A model generated the notes under the pieces. That model was given only the letters and a program-made list of their open reading frames with translations, had not been told where the DNA came from and searched no databases. DNA of 60,764 nt. Origin: an uncultured Methylococcaceae bacterium (lineage in GTDB: Bacteria; Pseudomonadota; Gammaproteobacteria; Methylococcales; Methylomonadaceae). The stretch covers positions 1 through 60,764 of the forward strand of contig CAIXDX010000103.1 of assembly GCA_903918335.1 (NCBI GenBank), given 5' to 3'. Every line of letters begins with the position of its first letter. The first letter of the stretch is position 1. This document shows, piece after piece, positions 39,098 to 50,288 of this stretch. The translations under genes were made by a program, and so were the position numbers.

Positions 39098-40858
39098 TTG
39101 TATTTAGAACATTTTCATTTAATTGAGTTTCCATTTTCGATCTCACCCGATCCGCACTTTATGTATATGAGTAAGCGGCATAAGGAAGGTTTAGCTCATC
39201 TACTCTATGGTATTGAATATGGTGGTGGTTTTGTTGCCTTAACTGGAGAAGTTGGCACTGGAAAAACCACATTATGTCATTGTCTTTTACAACAATTGCC
39301 CGAAAATATTGATCTGGCATTGATTTTAAATTCTCGTTTAAATTCATATGAGTTAGTCGCTACATTATGTGATGAACTCGGCATTAGTTATGATAAAACG
39401 TCTCAGTCTTTAAAGTATTTAATTGATCAATTAAATCAACATTTATTATTGACTCATGCCAAAGGTAGGCAGACTGTTTTGTTGATTGATGAAGCGCAGA
39501 ACTTAAGCATGGAAGTGCTGGAGCAACTTCGCTTATTAACTAACTTAGAAACCACTAAAACCAAGTTATTGCGTATTATTTTGGTGGGACAACCCGAATT
39601 AAAAGAGCTATTACAAAGACAAGATCTTCGACAATTAAATCAACGCATTACTGCTAGATATCATTTGTTACCCTTATCTCTTAATGAGACCCGTGCTTAT
39701 ATTAGACACCGATTGAGTATTAGTCATGGTGATGTCTATTTGTTTAAAGAGTCAGCTATCAAGAGAATTTTTCAATTAACGAAGGGAATCCCAAGATTAA
39801 TTAATTTATTGTGTGATAGGTCTCTTTTAGGAGCTTATGCTACGCATGTTTACAAAGTTAATGCTGGAATTGTAAATCATGCTGCTCTAGAAATACTCCC
39901 TGACAATTCATTAAATAGTCGTTTTTTTCGTACAGTAGTCTCTACTGTTATTATTGGGTTTTTAGCGGCATCTGCTTATCTATACAAAACCAATAACAAT
40001 TTTAAATCTTTATTTTTATCGGAAAACTCTTTAACAAAAGAAGTCGTATCAACACCTAGTATAGTTGAAATCAAGCCTATTTCGGAGACTCAACAGGTTA
40101 ATGTCCCTAAAATTCCAGAACCTACACATATTAGTGAGCCACAAATTTCAGAAGCTAAACAGCCTAGTGATACTCAAAATCCGGCAATTAAACCTTTTAG
40201 CGATTCACAAATTGTTGTTGAATCGCCAATAAATATCCCTGTTGTTTCTTTTACTGAGTGGTTAATTAACCCTGCTTCTACGCTAGAAAATGTGTTGAAA
40301 GCTACACTTAAAAAATGGGGTAAAACTAGTCTACGTAATCAAAAAGTTGATTGTTCTACTATACAGGTGACGGGGCTACGCTGTGAAATAGGTAAGGCAT
40401 CTTGGAAAGACATATTGAAGTTAAAAAAGCCCGTTATTTTAGAGTTTGTTTTAGATGATAATAGTAAATTTCACGCTTTAGTCACAGGATTTTCAGAGCA
40501 ACAGACGATTATTCACTTTGATAATGATATTAAGTTTTCCGTTGCAGATATTTTAAAATATTGGGAGGGCTATTATTTAACGTTAGAAGCACCTGAATTA
40601 AAAGCTGTTAAGATTATTTCTTACGCGCAAAACTCAGAGAATGTATTGTGGTTACGCTATGTATTAAATAGTTTTGATGGACAGTCAACTCAAGTTGAGC
40701 GTCCGCAATACTATGATGACGCTCTATTTAAACGGGTTCAAAGCTATCAACATGCACAACATTTAGGTGGGGATGGAAAGGTAGGTCCAAGTACCCTAAT
40801 TAGTCTTAAGAATTATGCCCAAAAACTTGAATATTCGCACTTAACGATTAACGAATAA
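39098..40858 (+). CDS. exeA: ExeA/GspA AAA ATPase with C-terminal peptidoglycan-binding domain
   Basis: PFSISPDP, GEVGTGKTT, LIDEAQNL, LVGQPEL, GIPRLIN, TM, C-terminal V..YQ....L..DG.VGP.T; TTG start. Confidence 0.92.
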   Translation: MYLEHFHLIEFPFSISPDPHFMYMSKRHKEGLAHLLYGIEYGGGFVALTGEVGTGKTTLCHCLLQQLPENIDLALILNSRLNSYELVATLCDELGISYDKTSQSLKYLIDQLNQHLLLTHAKGRQTVLLIDEAQNLSMEVLEQLRLLTNLETTKTKLLRIILVGQPELKELLQRQDLRQLNQRITARYHLLPLSLNETRAYIRHRLSISHGDVYLFKESAIKRIFQLTKGIPRLINLLCDRSLLGAYATHVYKVNAGIVNHAALEILPDNSLNSRFFRTVVSTVIIGFLAASAYLYKTNNNFKSLFLSENSLTKEVVSTPSIVEIKPISETQQVNVPKIPEPTHISEPQISEAKQPSDTQNPAIKPFSDSQIVVESPINIPVVSFTEWLINPASTLENVLKATLKKWGKTSLRNQKVDCSTIQVTGLRCEIGKASWKDILKLKKPVILEFVLDDNSKFHALVTGFSEQQTIIHFDNDIKFSVADILKYWEGYYLTLEAPELKAVKIISYAQNSENVLWLRYVLNSFDGQSTQVERPQYYDDALFKRVQSYQHAQHLGGDGKVGPSTLISLKNYAQKLEYSHLTINE

Positions 40859-40860
40859 TT

Positions 40861-41655
40861 ATGTCTTTTATTTTAAATGCCCTCCGTAAGTCTGAACAAG
40901 AAAGACAGAAATTACAAGTTAACAGCTTGAGTTTCGACCAAGCTGAATCTCCAGTTAATGTTAATCGACGAAAAATGGTGATTTATAGTGTCATTTTCGT
41001 TGCGGTTAATTTAATACTCACAGTGGGTATTATCAGCCTAGTTCGGTCTCCAGCTGAGGTATTTAAGTTGGAGGTTAAAGAAAAGCCAGAAAATGGATTA
41101 ATAAAGCCTCAAGAAATGGTTTCGCAAAGTCAGTTAATAAAACTGCCGGAAACGGACTTTAACAGTGAGTTAATAAAACCCGTTGAAAAAACTATTGAGC
41201 CAGATAAGAGTGCTGCACTTCCAAATGCGCCTATTGCTAACACTTCAATTGCAGATTTAATTGAAGAAAAATCTAATGTTATCAGTGAGAGTGAACCGCC
41301 GAAAACAAAAACAGTTACCGCTAAGCCTGAGGTCATCAATAACCCCGTTAGAGCACCTAAAATAGAAAACAGGCCACAAGCAACCATTGTTGAAGCCACT
41401 CCTGAAATAAGTTTACCCAAAGAAACGCTACCTTATTTGCGCGAGTTACCTTTTGCGTTTCAACAAAACGTGCCTGACATCACTATTAATGTATTTGTGT
41501 ATTCAGATCAACCTAGTGAATGTTTTGTTATGATTGATGGTGTTAAATATAAAATTGGGCAGTCTTTACCTAATGCGATTCATATTAAAGACATCACTAC
41601 GAATAGTTTGGTTGTGGAGTATCAAAATAAAACGTTTCAAGTCGAAAGACCTTGA
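40861..41655 (+). CDS. gspB: ExeB/GspB
   Basis: MSFILNALRKSEQER start, TM, Pro-rich linker, C-terminal INVFVYS..P...FV.I.G domain; follows exeA. Confidence 0.88.
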   Translation: MSFILNALRKSEQERQKLQVNSLSFDQAESPVNVNRRKMVIYSVIFVAVNLILTVGIISLVRSPAEVFKLEVKEKPENGLIKPQEMVSQSQLIKLPETDFNSELIKPVEKTIEPDKSAALPNAPIANTSIADLIEEKSNVISESEPPKTKTVTAKPEVINNPVRAPKIENRPQATIVEATPEISLPKETLPYLRELPFAFQQNVPDITINVFVYSDQPSECFVMIDGVKYKIGQSLPNAIHIKDITTNSLVVEYQNKTFQVERP

Positions 41656-41667
41656 GGTGTTTGCTGA

Positions 41668-42390
41668 TTACTTTTTAGTTAATGAAATGGATTGACTTTG
41701 ATCATCAATATTTATTTGATAGCGATTGAACGCACTCATACCAAGTAAACGATGTGGCCCTAATTGCTTATCCGGAATAAAGGCTACTTGGACATTTTCT
41801 ATTGTTTCACCTGCTAATTTGATGGAATGTAAAGAGCCAACTTTAGCATCCGTCGTACCATTTGCAGTTTGCATTGCTTGATGACTAAAGTTCGTGTTTT
41901 TCATACCGAGTCGATTAATCATAGACTCAGGCAGCACCACAATGTCTGCGCCAGTATCAATGACTAACTCCATGGTTTCCCAAAGACTGCCATCCCCAGA
42001 TAGTGCAGCTGACACCATATAATGATTACCTTGATGACTGGTAGGTAGTACTATATTTTGAACGGCAGATTTTTGTTTTTTATTGACGATGACGATACGT
42101 TCAATCTCACCTTTATTGTTTCTGCTGACAATATGATTAAACGTCGTTAATAATTGTTCTATTTGTTGTTCTAAATTACCCCGAGTAACTATTTTTTCTT
42201 CATTTTGAATACGCTCTAACCCCAACACTTTGATATTCATGCGACTTTGTAGATCTACTATTTGCTCATATAAGTCGTTAGGAGCAACGTTAGTATCAGC
42301 GTGGACATGAGTGCTTATAAAAACTACGCTTAGGCTCAATACTCGTCTTAGTGTGTTGTTTGAATGCAGGGAGGGGTAAAGCTGTATCAT
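41668..42390 (-). CDS. Exported retropepsin-like (clan AA) aspartic protease
   Basis: LVIDTGA catalytic motif, TANG flap, LLGMS; signal-like N-terminus. Confidence 0.85.
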   Translation of the reverse strand: MIQLYPSLHSNNTLRRVLSLSVVFISTHVHADTNVAPNDLYEQIVDLQSRMNIKVLGLERIQNEEKIVTRGNLEQQIEQLLTTFNHIVSRNNKGEIERIVIVNKKQKSAVQNIVLPTSHQGNHYMVSAALSGDGSLWETMELVIDTGADIVVLPESMINRLGMKNTNFSHQAMQTANGTTDAKVGSLHSIKLAGETIENVQVAFIPDKQLGPHRLLGMSAFNRYQINIDDQSQSISLTKK

Positions 42391-42392
42391 TA

Positions 42393-44807
42393 TTAAGATC
42401 TTCCGAGTCTTTTTTCAGTCTCAAGTACTAATTGGGTTGTTTTTAAGACAGTATCTGGATTTAAGCTCATAGAATCAATACCTATTTCTACTAAAAATTC
42501 GGCCATTTCTGGGTAATCAGAGGGTGCCTGACCACAGAGTCCACAATGTTTACCATTTCGTTTTGAGCCTTCTGAGGCTAAGCGTATCATTTCTTTAACA
42601 CCTGCATCACGTTCGTCAAAGTCTTCAGCAACTATGGCAGAATCACGATCTACACCAAGGGTTAATTGTGTAAGATCATTAGAACCTATTGAAAAGCCAT
42701 CAAAATGGGCAGAGAAAGCATCAATTTGAATGACATTATTGGGGATTTCGCACATTACATAGATCTCAAGTCCGTTATTACCGCGCTGTAAACCGAGTTC
42801 TGCCATGTACTTTAATACCTTTTCGGCCTCTTGCACACGACGGCAGAACGGTATCATTAATATTACATTGGTAAATCCCATATCATCACGGACGCGTTTC
42901 ATGGCCGCACATTCTAAGGCGAAACCTTCGGCATACGCGGGGTGGGTATAGCGTGACGCCCCCCGAAAACCAATCATAGGATTGGCTTCTTCAAATTCAA
43001 ACCAGCGCCCGCCTAATAAAGTCGCATAATCGTTTGTTTTAAAATCTGACATTCTAACCACGACAGGTTTTGGGTAAAAAGCTGCTGCGATGGTTGCCAC
43101 ACCTTCTGATAAGGACTGTATAAAGAAGTCTGTTGGATTTTTAAATTGTTGGGTTAACGCTTGAAGTTGCTGGCGTACCGATGCATCCTCCACCCGTTCA
43201 GGATGGATTAATGCCATAGGGTGGGCTTTGATATATTCCGTAATAATAAACTCCATTCTGGCTAAACCCACACCATCGTTTGGTAAAAAACGCGTCTTAA
43301 AAGCTAACTCTGGATTACCTAGATTAAGCATGATTTTAGTTTTTGGACGTTTTAAACCTGTTAGATCAGTCTTATTAATATCAAATTTTAGCGTGCCCGC
43401 ATACACATTGCCTTTATCACCCTCTGCACAGGATACGGTAATAGGTGTGTTATTTTGAATGGCTGAGGTCGCGTTGTCACATCCTATGACGGCGGGTACG
43501 CCCAATTCACGGGATATTATTGCGGCATGACACGTTCTGCCTCCTCTATTAGTCACAATCGCCGAAGCAATTTTCATGACCGGTTCCCAATCCGGTGTGG
43601 TTAAATCAGCTACTAAAACATCACCCAGTTTAAATTCTTTTAATTCATTTAGATTGTTAATAATTCTAGCAGTACCAGTGGCAATTTTACTGCCGACGGC
43701 ATGGCCAGATACTAGAGGCTGAGCCGATTCTTTGAGGGTGTATTGTTCTAATATTAAGGCATTTTGTTGAGAGACAACGGTTTCAGGGCGGGCTTGGACA
43801 ATATATAAAGTGCCATCAATACCGTCTTTTGCCCATTCCATATCCATAGGTTTGGGTTGACCCGCTTTGGCGCTGTAATGATTTTCAATTTTTATCGCGT
43901 AGTCAGCTAACGTTAAAACATCTTCATCATTAATACAAAATCGTTCCCTTTCAGTGGCTGAAGTAGCAATATTCCTTGTAGGTTCATGCGTCCGCCCCTC
44001 ACTGTAGATCATTTTAATTTTTTTTGAACCTAGATTGCGTTTGAGTATGCTTCTGAACCCTTGATTAAAGGTAGGTTTATGGACATAAAATTCGTCAGGA
44101 TCTACGGCACCTTGGACTACATTCTCTCCTAATCCATAGGCTCCTGTAATAAAAACCACATCATTGAATCCTGATTCGGTATCTAAAGAAAACATGACGC
44201 CACTGGCACTAAGATCAGATCGAACCATTTTCATAATGCCAATCGATAAAGCTAATTTAAAATGATCAAACCCCTGATCTATACGGTAATGAATAGCTCG
44301 ATCCGTAAATAAACTGGCAAAACACCGTTTACAGGCTTCTAACAAGGCTACATTGCCACGAATATTAAGATAGGTATCTTGCTGACCGGCAAAACTAGCG
44401 GTAGGTAAGTCTTCAGCCGTTGCTGAACTGCGGACAGCGACACTCAGTTCAGTACCATATTGCACTTGTAATTTTGCATAGGCAGCTATGATTTGTTGTT
44501 CTAAATCTAATGGAAATGGAGCCGCATAAATAATGTCGCGAGCGATACGCGCTCGTTCTGCTAAATCGGTGACGTCATCTGGATTAAGATCATCTAAGGC
44601 GTTATGCAAAGGCTCCCAAGCCTTAGCTTGATCAAGAAGATAACGGTAACCTTCTGCCGATACGGCGAAGCCATTTGGAATTTGAATGCCTTGTGATGAT
44701 AGTTCTTGATACATTTCGCCTAGTGAGGCGTTCTTACCTCCCACTAAAGGAATATCATTTATCGTTAATTCGTTAAACCAGCGTATATAATTTGTGGATG
44801 TAGACAT
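42393..44807 (-). CDS. ppsA: Phosphoenolpyruvate synthase
   Basis: VGGKNASLGEM, AVRSSATAEDLP.ASFAGQQ, GGRTCHAAI phospho-His, FSIGSNDLTQ, CGQAPSD. Confidence 0.97.
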   Translation of the reverse strand: MSTSTNYIRWFNELTINDIPLVGGKNASLGEMYQELSSQGIQIPNGFAVSAEGYRYLLDQAKAWEPLHNALDDLNPDDVTDLAERARIARDIIYAAPFPLDLEQQIIAAYAKLQVQYGTELSVAVRSSATAEDLPTASFAGQQDTYLNIRGNVALLEACKRCFASLFTDRAIHYRIDQGFDHFKLALSIGIMKMVRSDLSASGVMFSLDTESGFNDVVFITGAYGLGENVVQGAVDPDEFYVHKPTFNQGFRSILKRNLGSKKIKMIYSEGRTHEPTRNIATSATERERFCINDEDVLTLADYAIKIENHYSAKAGQPKPMDMEWAKDGIDGTLYIVQARPETVVSQQNALILEQYTLKESAQPLVSGHAVGSKIATGTARIINNLNELKEFKLGDVLVADLTTPDWEPVMKIASAIVTNRGGRTCHAAIISRELGVPAVIGCDNATSAIQNNTPITVSCAEGDKGNVYAGTLKFDINKTDLTGLKRPKTKIMLNLGNPELAFKTRFLPNDGVGLARMEFIITEYIKAHPMALIHPERVEDASVRQQLQALTQQFKNPTDFFIQSLSEGVATIAAAFYPKPVVVRMSDFKTNDYATLLGGRWFEFEEANPMIGFRGASRYTHPAYAEGFALECAAMKRVRDDMGFTNVILMIPFCRRVQEAEKVLKYMAELGLQRGNNGLEIYVMCEIPNNVIQIDAFSAHFDGFSIGSNDLTQLTLGVDRDSAIVAEDFDERDAGVKEMIRLASEGSKRNGKHCGLCGQAPSDYPEMAEFLVEIGIDSMSLNPDTVLKTTQLVLETEKRLGRS

Positions 44808-44964
44808 GGCGACTATCCTTAAGGTAAGAACTTTTCGATTGAAAAGCGTAAGGTAGTTTACGCTTAACTATTTAAAACAAGTATATTTAAGTAAATATAG
44901 TGCAAAAAAAATCATAATTAATTAAAGTGTTGCACAGTTAAAAAGTGAGACCTAGGAATACGCA

Positions 44965-46902
44965 ATGTCAGAAAGTAAAGTTTATACAGTCAATCCAGCT
45001 ATAGCAGACAAGGCACACATTAATCGTGCGTCTTATCAAATTATGTATCAGCACTCTATTAATGAGCCTGATAAGTTTTGGGCCCAACAAGCTGAGCTGT
45101 TTTTAGACTGGCATAAGCCGTGGCATACGGTGCAAACGTGTGATTATCGTACGGGTCATATTCGTTGGTTTGAAGGAGGTGAACTTAACGTCAGTGTCAA
45201 CTGTGTTGATAGACATCTTCCAACTCGTGCGGATCAAGTAGCTATCATTTGGGAGGGTGATGATCCTCAGCACAGTCAATTGATTACTTATGAAGAGTTA
45301 CATACAGAGGTCTGTAAGTTTGCTAATGTTTTAAAAACCTTAGGTGTCAAAAAAGGCGATCGCGTCTGTATTTATATGCCTATGTTAGCGGAAGCAGCTA
45401 CTGTCATGTTAGCGTGTACAAGGATTGGGGCGGTACATTCCATTGTATTCGGTGGATTTTCAGCAGAGGCTTTAAAAGATCGAATATTAGATTCTGATTG
45501 TCAATTTGTTGTCTGCGCTGATGAGGGTTATAGGGGAGGTAAAATTCTACCTATCAAATCTAGCGTTGATGAAGCGGTTTTATCATGCCTCAATGTCAAG
45601 AAAGTGATTGTTATAAAAAATACCGGTAATCCTGTTGCTTGGCTAGATGAGCGAGATGTTTGGTATCACGAAGCTATGGCATTAGCTTCTAACGTTTGCC
45701 CTGCTGAAATAATGTCTGCTGAAGATCCTTTATTTATTCTTTATACATCGGGTTCAACGGGTAAACCTAAAGGTGTTTTGCATACGACAGGAGGGTACTT
45801 GTTGTATGCAGCCATTACACATAAATACATTTTTGATTATCAAGAAGGTGATATTTATTGGTGTACTGCTGATATTGGCTGGATTACGGGGCACACCTAT
45901 ATGATTTATGGCCCCTTATGTAATGGTGCTACTACTTTAGTATTTGAAGGTGTTCCTACGTATCCCGAAGTGGATCGTTTATGGAAGGTTATTGATAAAC
46001 ATCAGGTCAATATATTTTATACTGCACCCACGGTTATTCGGGCCTTAATGGCTCATGGTGACGAGTTCGTAAAGCATACTTGTAGGGACTCTTTACGCAT
46101 ATTAGGTAGCGTTGGAGAGCCAATTAATCCAGAAGCTTGGGAATGGTATTACCATCAAGTCGGTGAGGCGAAATGTCCTATTATGGATACTTGGTGGCAA
46201 ACTGAAACAGGAGGTATATTAATTACGCCTTTGCCGGGTGTTACTGACTTAAAACCGGGCTCAGCTACCTTACCCTTTTTTGGTATAAAACCAGAAATCA
46301 TGGATGCTCAAGGTATTTTGATGGAAGGTGCAGCAGAAGGCGTGTTAGTAATTAGCGCTTCTTGGCCAGGTCAAGCACGCACTGTTTATGGTGATCATCC
46401 TCGCTTTATAGATACTTATTTTAATCATTATCCTGGATATTATTTTGCCGGTGATGGTGCGCGTCGGGATGAAGATGGCTATTTTTGGATTACGGGTCGT
46501 GTTGATGACGTGCTTAATGTCTCTGGTCATAGGATGGGGACGGCTGAGATAGAAAGTGCTTTGGTATTACATGAATGTGTTTCTGAAGCGGCAGTTGTAG
46601 GGTATCCTCATGATATAAAAGGGCAGGGGATCTATGCTTACGTCACTCTTAATAAGGGTGTTGAACCGTCTGACGAACTTAAAAATCAATTAAAGGCGTT
46701 AGTTCGTAAAGAAATTGGTGCGATTGCCCATCCAGATATTATTCAATGGGCGCCCGGTTTGCCAAAAACACGTTCAGGTAAAATTATGCGTCGCATACTT
46801 AGAAAAGTCGCGGCCAATGAATTAGAAAACTTGGGTGATACTTCAACGCTAGCTGATCCTACTGTCGTAGAAGAACTTATTGATAATCGACTCAATCGTT
46901 AA
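44965..46902 (+). CDS. acs: Acetyl-CoA synthetase
   Basis: [46 protein letters not shown]. Confidence 0.97.
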   Translation: MSESKVYTVNPAIADKAHINRASYQIMYQHSINEPDKFWAQQAELFLDWHKPWHTVQTCDYRTGHIRWFEGGELNVSVNCVDRHLPTRADQVAIIWEGDDPQHSQLITYEELHTEVCKFANVLKTLGVKKGDRVCIYMPMLAEAATVMLACTRIGAVHSIVFGGFSAEALKDRILDSDCQFVVCADEGYRGGKILPIKSSVDEAVLSCLNVKKVIVIKNTGNPVAWLDERDVWYHEAMALASNVCPAEIMSAEDPLFILYTSGSTGKPKGVLHTTGGYLLYAAITHKYIFDYQEGDIYWCTADIGWITGHTYMIYGPLCNGATTLVFEGVPTYPEVDRLWKVIDKHQVNIFYTAPTVIRALMAHGDEFVKHTCRDSLRILGSVGEPINPEAWEWYYHQVGEAKCPIMDTWWQTETGGILITPLPGVTDLKPGSATLPFFGIKPEIMDAQGILMEGAAEGVLVISASWPGQARTVYGDHPRFIDTYFNHYPGYYFAGDGARRDEDGYFWITGRVDDVLNVSGHRMGTAEIESALVLHECVSEAAVVGYPHDIKGQGIYAYVTLNKGVEPSDELKNQLKALVRKEIGAIAHPDIIQWAPGLPKTRSGKIMRRILRKVAANELENLGDTSTLADPTVVEELIDNRLNR

Positions 46903-47021
46903 TGCAACTTACTATTTTACTTTAGTTTAAATACTAGGGTTAGGGTTAACCGATTACATTGGTAACCTTCAATTAGTTATTCATGCCTGTATTTCTTCTA
47001 TAGGCATGCGATGGTTACATT

Positions 47022-50000
47022 TCATATTTGATCGATTATTTCGTTATGGCGATTAATTTGTATATCCGCGTTTTTATCAAATAAATAAAAATTGTTTTTG
47101 CCCGATTGTTTAGCAATATACATAGCATGATCTGCTTGTCTAATTAAAGTATCTGCTGTTAATACCGGTCCATTAAGGTCGTCACTATAAAGCCTTACTC
47201 CAATGCTTGCAGATACTTTTAATTCTAGCCCTTTTAATGTAATAGGCGTTCTACATGCATGTAATAATTTTGATAGGGGTTTATCGATATCTTTTAGAAA
47301 TTCAATGTTATTAAGAACAGCAATAAATTCATCACCGCCTAATCTACCTAGCGTATCTGACTCACGTATAGATTGTTTCATTTGTTGACTAATTGCTACT
47401 AAAAATTCATCTCCTATATTGTGACCGTATTTATCATTAATGGTTTTAAATCCATCTAAATCAATGAAAAGGACTGCTATATTTTTTTTATTACGAATGT
47501 TTTTTAATATATCTTGTTCTAGTCGATCGATTATTAATTGTCTATTTGGCAGACCAGTTAATATATCGTAATAAGCAAATTGTTCCAGAATTTGTTGTTG
47601 CTGTTTAAGGGCTGTGATATCGGTTGTTAATATTACATATTGATCCAATGTATGATTTTCATTTTTGATAGCCGAAATTGAATGTAGGCCCGGACAAATT
47701 TCACGGTTTTTATATTTATTCCAAACCTCACCAGTCCAAAAACCTTCTTTTTCTAAAGAGTTCCTCATTTCTTTAAAAAATAATTTATCATGAACTCCTG
47801 ATTTAAAAATGCTTGGTTTTTTTCCAATTAGTTCTTCACGCGTGTATCCACTAATTTCAAGAAATCTATCATTACATTCAATAATATTTGCTTCTCTATC
47901 TGTAATATAAATGCCTTCTTTTGCATGATTGAAAACATCAGAAGCTAATTGTAATTTTTTGTCAATTCTTGACTTCTCAATAGCAAGTACAATTAAATCT
48001 GAATATTCAGTAACTAATTGTAACGTACTATTTTTGAGAGATTTTTGTTTATTATTGTAAATAAGAAACAAACCTAATAAAGATTTGTTTTTTGTAAATA
48101 TAGGCTGAGACCAGCATCCAGAATATGATAGATTTTGAGTTGTTTTTCTAAATGGGGCCCAGTATTGATGAGTATGTATATCTTTTATGAATAAGGATTT
48201 TCCAGCAAATATAAAGTTCTCATGCATATCAACTTCGGTTGCTATGGTCATACCATTAATAGATGAACTATAAAATTCTGGTAAGCGAGGTGAGGTTCCA
48301 TTATATAAAAATTTATGATCGTCACTTAATAACAAGATAGTGCAGGCAATATTATTATCTGTACTATCTATATTGTTTGCAATATTATTCAAAATATTTG
48401 GTAGTGGCTGCTGAGTAGATAGCATATCAAGAACTGAGTTTCTGCGAGTTTCTCGTTTTTCAATTAAGTTCTCGGCTTTTATTTCACGACTTAGTCTAAT
48501 AATCCATCCTGAAGATAACAGAAATAAAACAATAATAAACGTACCATATTTATAAATATAATATTTACTTATCCCCACATCAATTTGTGCACTTAACCAA
48601 TAATTAACAATATCCTCAATTTCATGTGAATCAATAGCAGCACTGGCCTTATACATAATTGAAAATAACTCAGGTTTTTGCTTAATTATTCCAATTGTTC
48701 TTTGTGATCTATATTGAGTTTGCCCTGAAAAACGTAAGTCAAATAACCCTTCTTTTTTAATCCAGTAATTTGCACCGCGTGCATCCCCAATATAAGCGTC
48801 AACTTTACCTTTTGCTAATAATTTTAAGGCAGAACGGGGGTCTATTGCCTCTACTAATTTGATTTCAGGATAATCATTTTGCAACCATTCATGAACGGCA
48901 TTTGATTTCTCAACAGCAACAACTTTTCCAAACAAATTATATATACTATCAACAAAGTTGTATTTACCATTATCGATAATGACGTTTGGTGTTTCGAGAT
49001 AGGGTTTTAGAAAATTAAGATATTCATTACGTTCTTTTGTTACAACTATCCCAGCAATCATGTCTATTTGGCCTTGCTTTGCAAATTCAACTGCTTCAGC
49101 TAGGTTTTTTGGATAGACAATAGTAAATTTTATACCTAGTTTTTGTTCTAGTAATTTAAGATAGTCGGCAGCCATTCCTACAAACTCATGATTCTCATTT
49201 ACCCAATCATATGGTTGTTTATTAGGATTAACTCCTACACGAATAATGGGATGATTTTTTAACCACTGTTTTTCTGCGTCAGTAAGTGTAGACTCCTGAA
49301 CTGAAGATTTATATACAAAACTTTTTAGTTTCTCTGAATCAATAGCTTGGTTATAACTTGCTTTAGCATAAGATTCGGCTATAAATCTAAGTCTGTTTAA
49401 ATCAATATAACCTAAGGGTACTGATTTAGGCATTAATTTAAGCGTTTCTTCTGCTTCGTATTGCAGGTGAGATAAAGATAATTTGCTTTGATATTTATTG
49501 GTAATTAAAGAAATAATTTGTTGAGGATGAGAGATAGCAAACTCCCATCCTTTTAATGTTGCTTTAAGGAAACGATTTATACGATCAGAATGTTTTTGAC
49601 GTTCATTTTCACTGGTAAATAGAATATCACCGTAAAAATCAATGCCATAATTTTGTGGATTAATAATGGTGATCGGAATATTGTGTTGTCTGTAATAAAA
49701 AGGCTGGTCGGTTAAATATCCAGTCATGACGTCTAAATCACCGCGAACTAATAAACTGTTATCAGTTGATTGTGTAACTAGTTTAATGTCGGCATATGAA
49801 ATGTTAACACTGGACAACAGGGTTCTGAGGGGGGCCTCGTTCGCATTAAAACTATCTAACATGATGCGCTTCCCTTTCATCTCAAAAGGACTGATGATGC
49901 CAGAGTTTTGTTTAGTAATAAAAACTAGAGGATTATGTTGAAAGATGGCCGCTATTGCCACAACAGGTTTTCCGAGTGCATATTCATGTAACAGACCTGA

Positions 50001-50288
50001 GTCGCCAACACCATAATCAGCCTCATTATTAACCACTTGGTCAGTAACGTTTTTTTCTATTTGTCTTTCTTGTATTTCAACTTCCAGTCCTTCTTCAGCA
50101 TAATAACCTTGTTCAATTGCAGCGTAATAACCTGCGAATTGAAACTGGTGGAACCATTTGAGTTGTAAACGAACTTTTTCGAGGGGTTGAAAAGCGGGGG
50201 ACGCGATTGTTGGGGTTGAGAAACAAAATCCGCTTACTAATAAGATTAGGATACTTGCCGTAACAAAACTTTTTATCTTATAAAGCAT
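47022..50288 (-). CDS. Membrane sensor diguanylate cyclase (NMT1/THI5-like PBP, second PBP, TM, GAF, PAS, GGDEF)
   Basis: LQLKWFHQFQFAGYYAA, second solute-binding domain, GAF, PAS (SGYTREELIG), RESD I-site and an intact GGDEF. Confidence 0.9.
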   Translation of the reverse strand: MLYKIKSFVTASILILLVSGFCFSTPTIASPAFQPLEKVRLQLKWFHQFQFAGYYAAIEQGYYAEEGLEVEIQERQIEKNVTDQVVNNEADYGVGDSGLLHEYALGKPVVAIAAIFQHNPLVFITKQNSGIISPFEMKGKRIMLDSFNANEAPLRTLLSSVNISYADIKLVTQSTDNSLLVRGDLDVMTGYLTDQPFYYRQHNIPITIINPQNYGIDFYGDILFTSENERQKHSDRINRFLKATLKGWEFAISHPQQIISLITNKYQSKLSLSHLQYEAEETLKLMPKSVPLGYIDLNRLRFIAESYAKASYNQAIDSEKLKSFVYKSSVQESTLTDAEKQWLKNHPIIRVGVNPNKQPYDWVNENHEFVGMAADYLKLLEQKLGIKFTIVYPKNLAEAVEFAKQGQIDMIAGIVVTKERNEYLNFLKPYLETPNVIIDNGKYNFVDSIYNLFGKVVAVEKSNAVHEWLQNDYPEIKLVEAIDPRSALKLLAKGKVDAYIGDARGANYWIKKEGLFDLRFSGQTQYRSQRTIGIIKQKPELFSIMYKASAAIDSHEIEDIVNYWLSAQIDVGISKYYIYKYGTFIIVLFLLSSGWIIRLSREIKAENLIEKRETRRNSVLDMLSTQQPLPNILNNIANNIDSTDNNIACTILLLSDDHKFLYNGTSPRLPEFYSSSINGMTIATEVDMHENFIFAGKSLFIKDIHTHQYWAPFRKTTQNLSYSGCWSQPIFTKNKSLLGLFLIYNNKQKSLKNSTLQLVTEYSDLIVLAIEKSRIDKKLQLASDVFNHAKEGIYITDREANIIECNDRFLEISGYTREELIGKKPSIFKSGVHDKLFFKEMRNSLEKEGFWTGEVWNKYKNREICPGLHSISAIKNENHTLDQYVILTTDITALKQQQQILEQFAYYDILTGLPNRQLIIDRLEQDILKNIRNKKNIAVLFIDLDGFKTINDKYGHNIGDEFLVAISQQMKQSIRESDTLGRLGGDEFIAVLNNIEFLKDIDKPLSKLLHACRTPITLKGLELKVSASIGVRLYSDDLNGPVLTADTLIRQADHAMYIAKQSGKNNFYLFDKNADIQINRHNEIIDQI

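Noticed and set aside
46982-47008. CATGCCTGTA/TATAGGCATG hairpin between convergent acs and the DGC gene
   Set aside because: Plausible bidirectional terminator, but it has no U-tract on either side, so it was not called.
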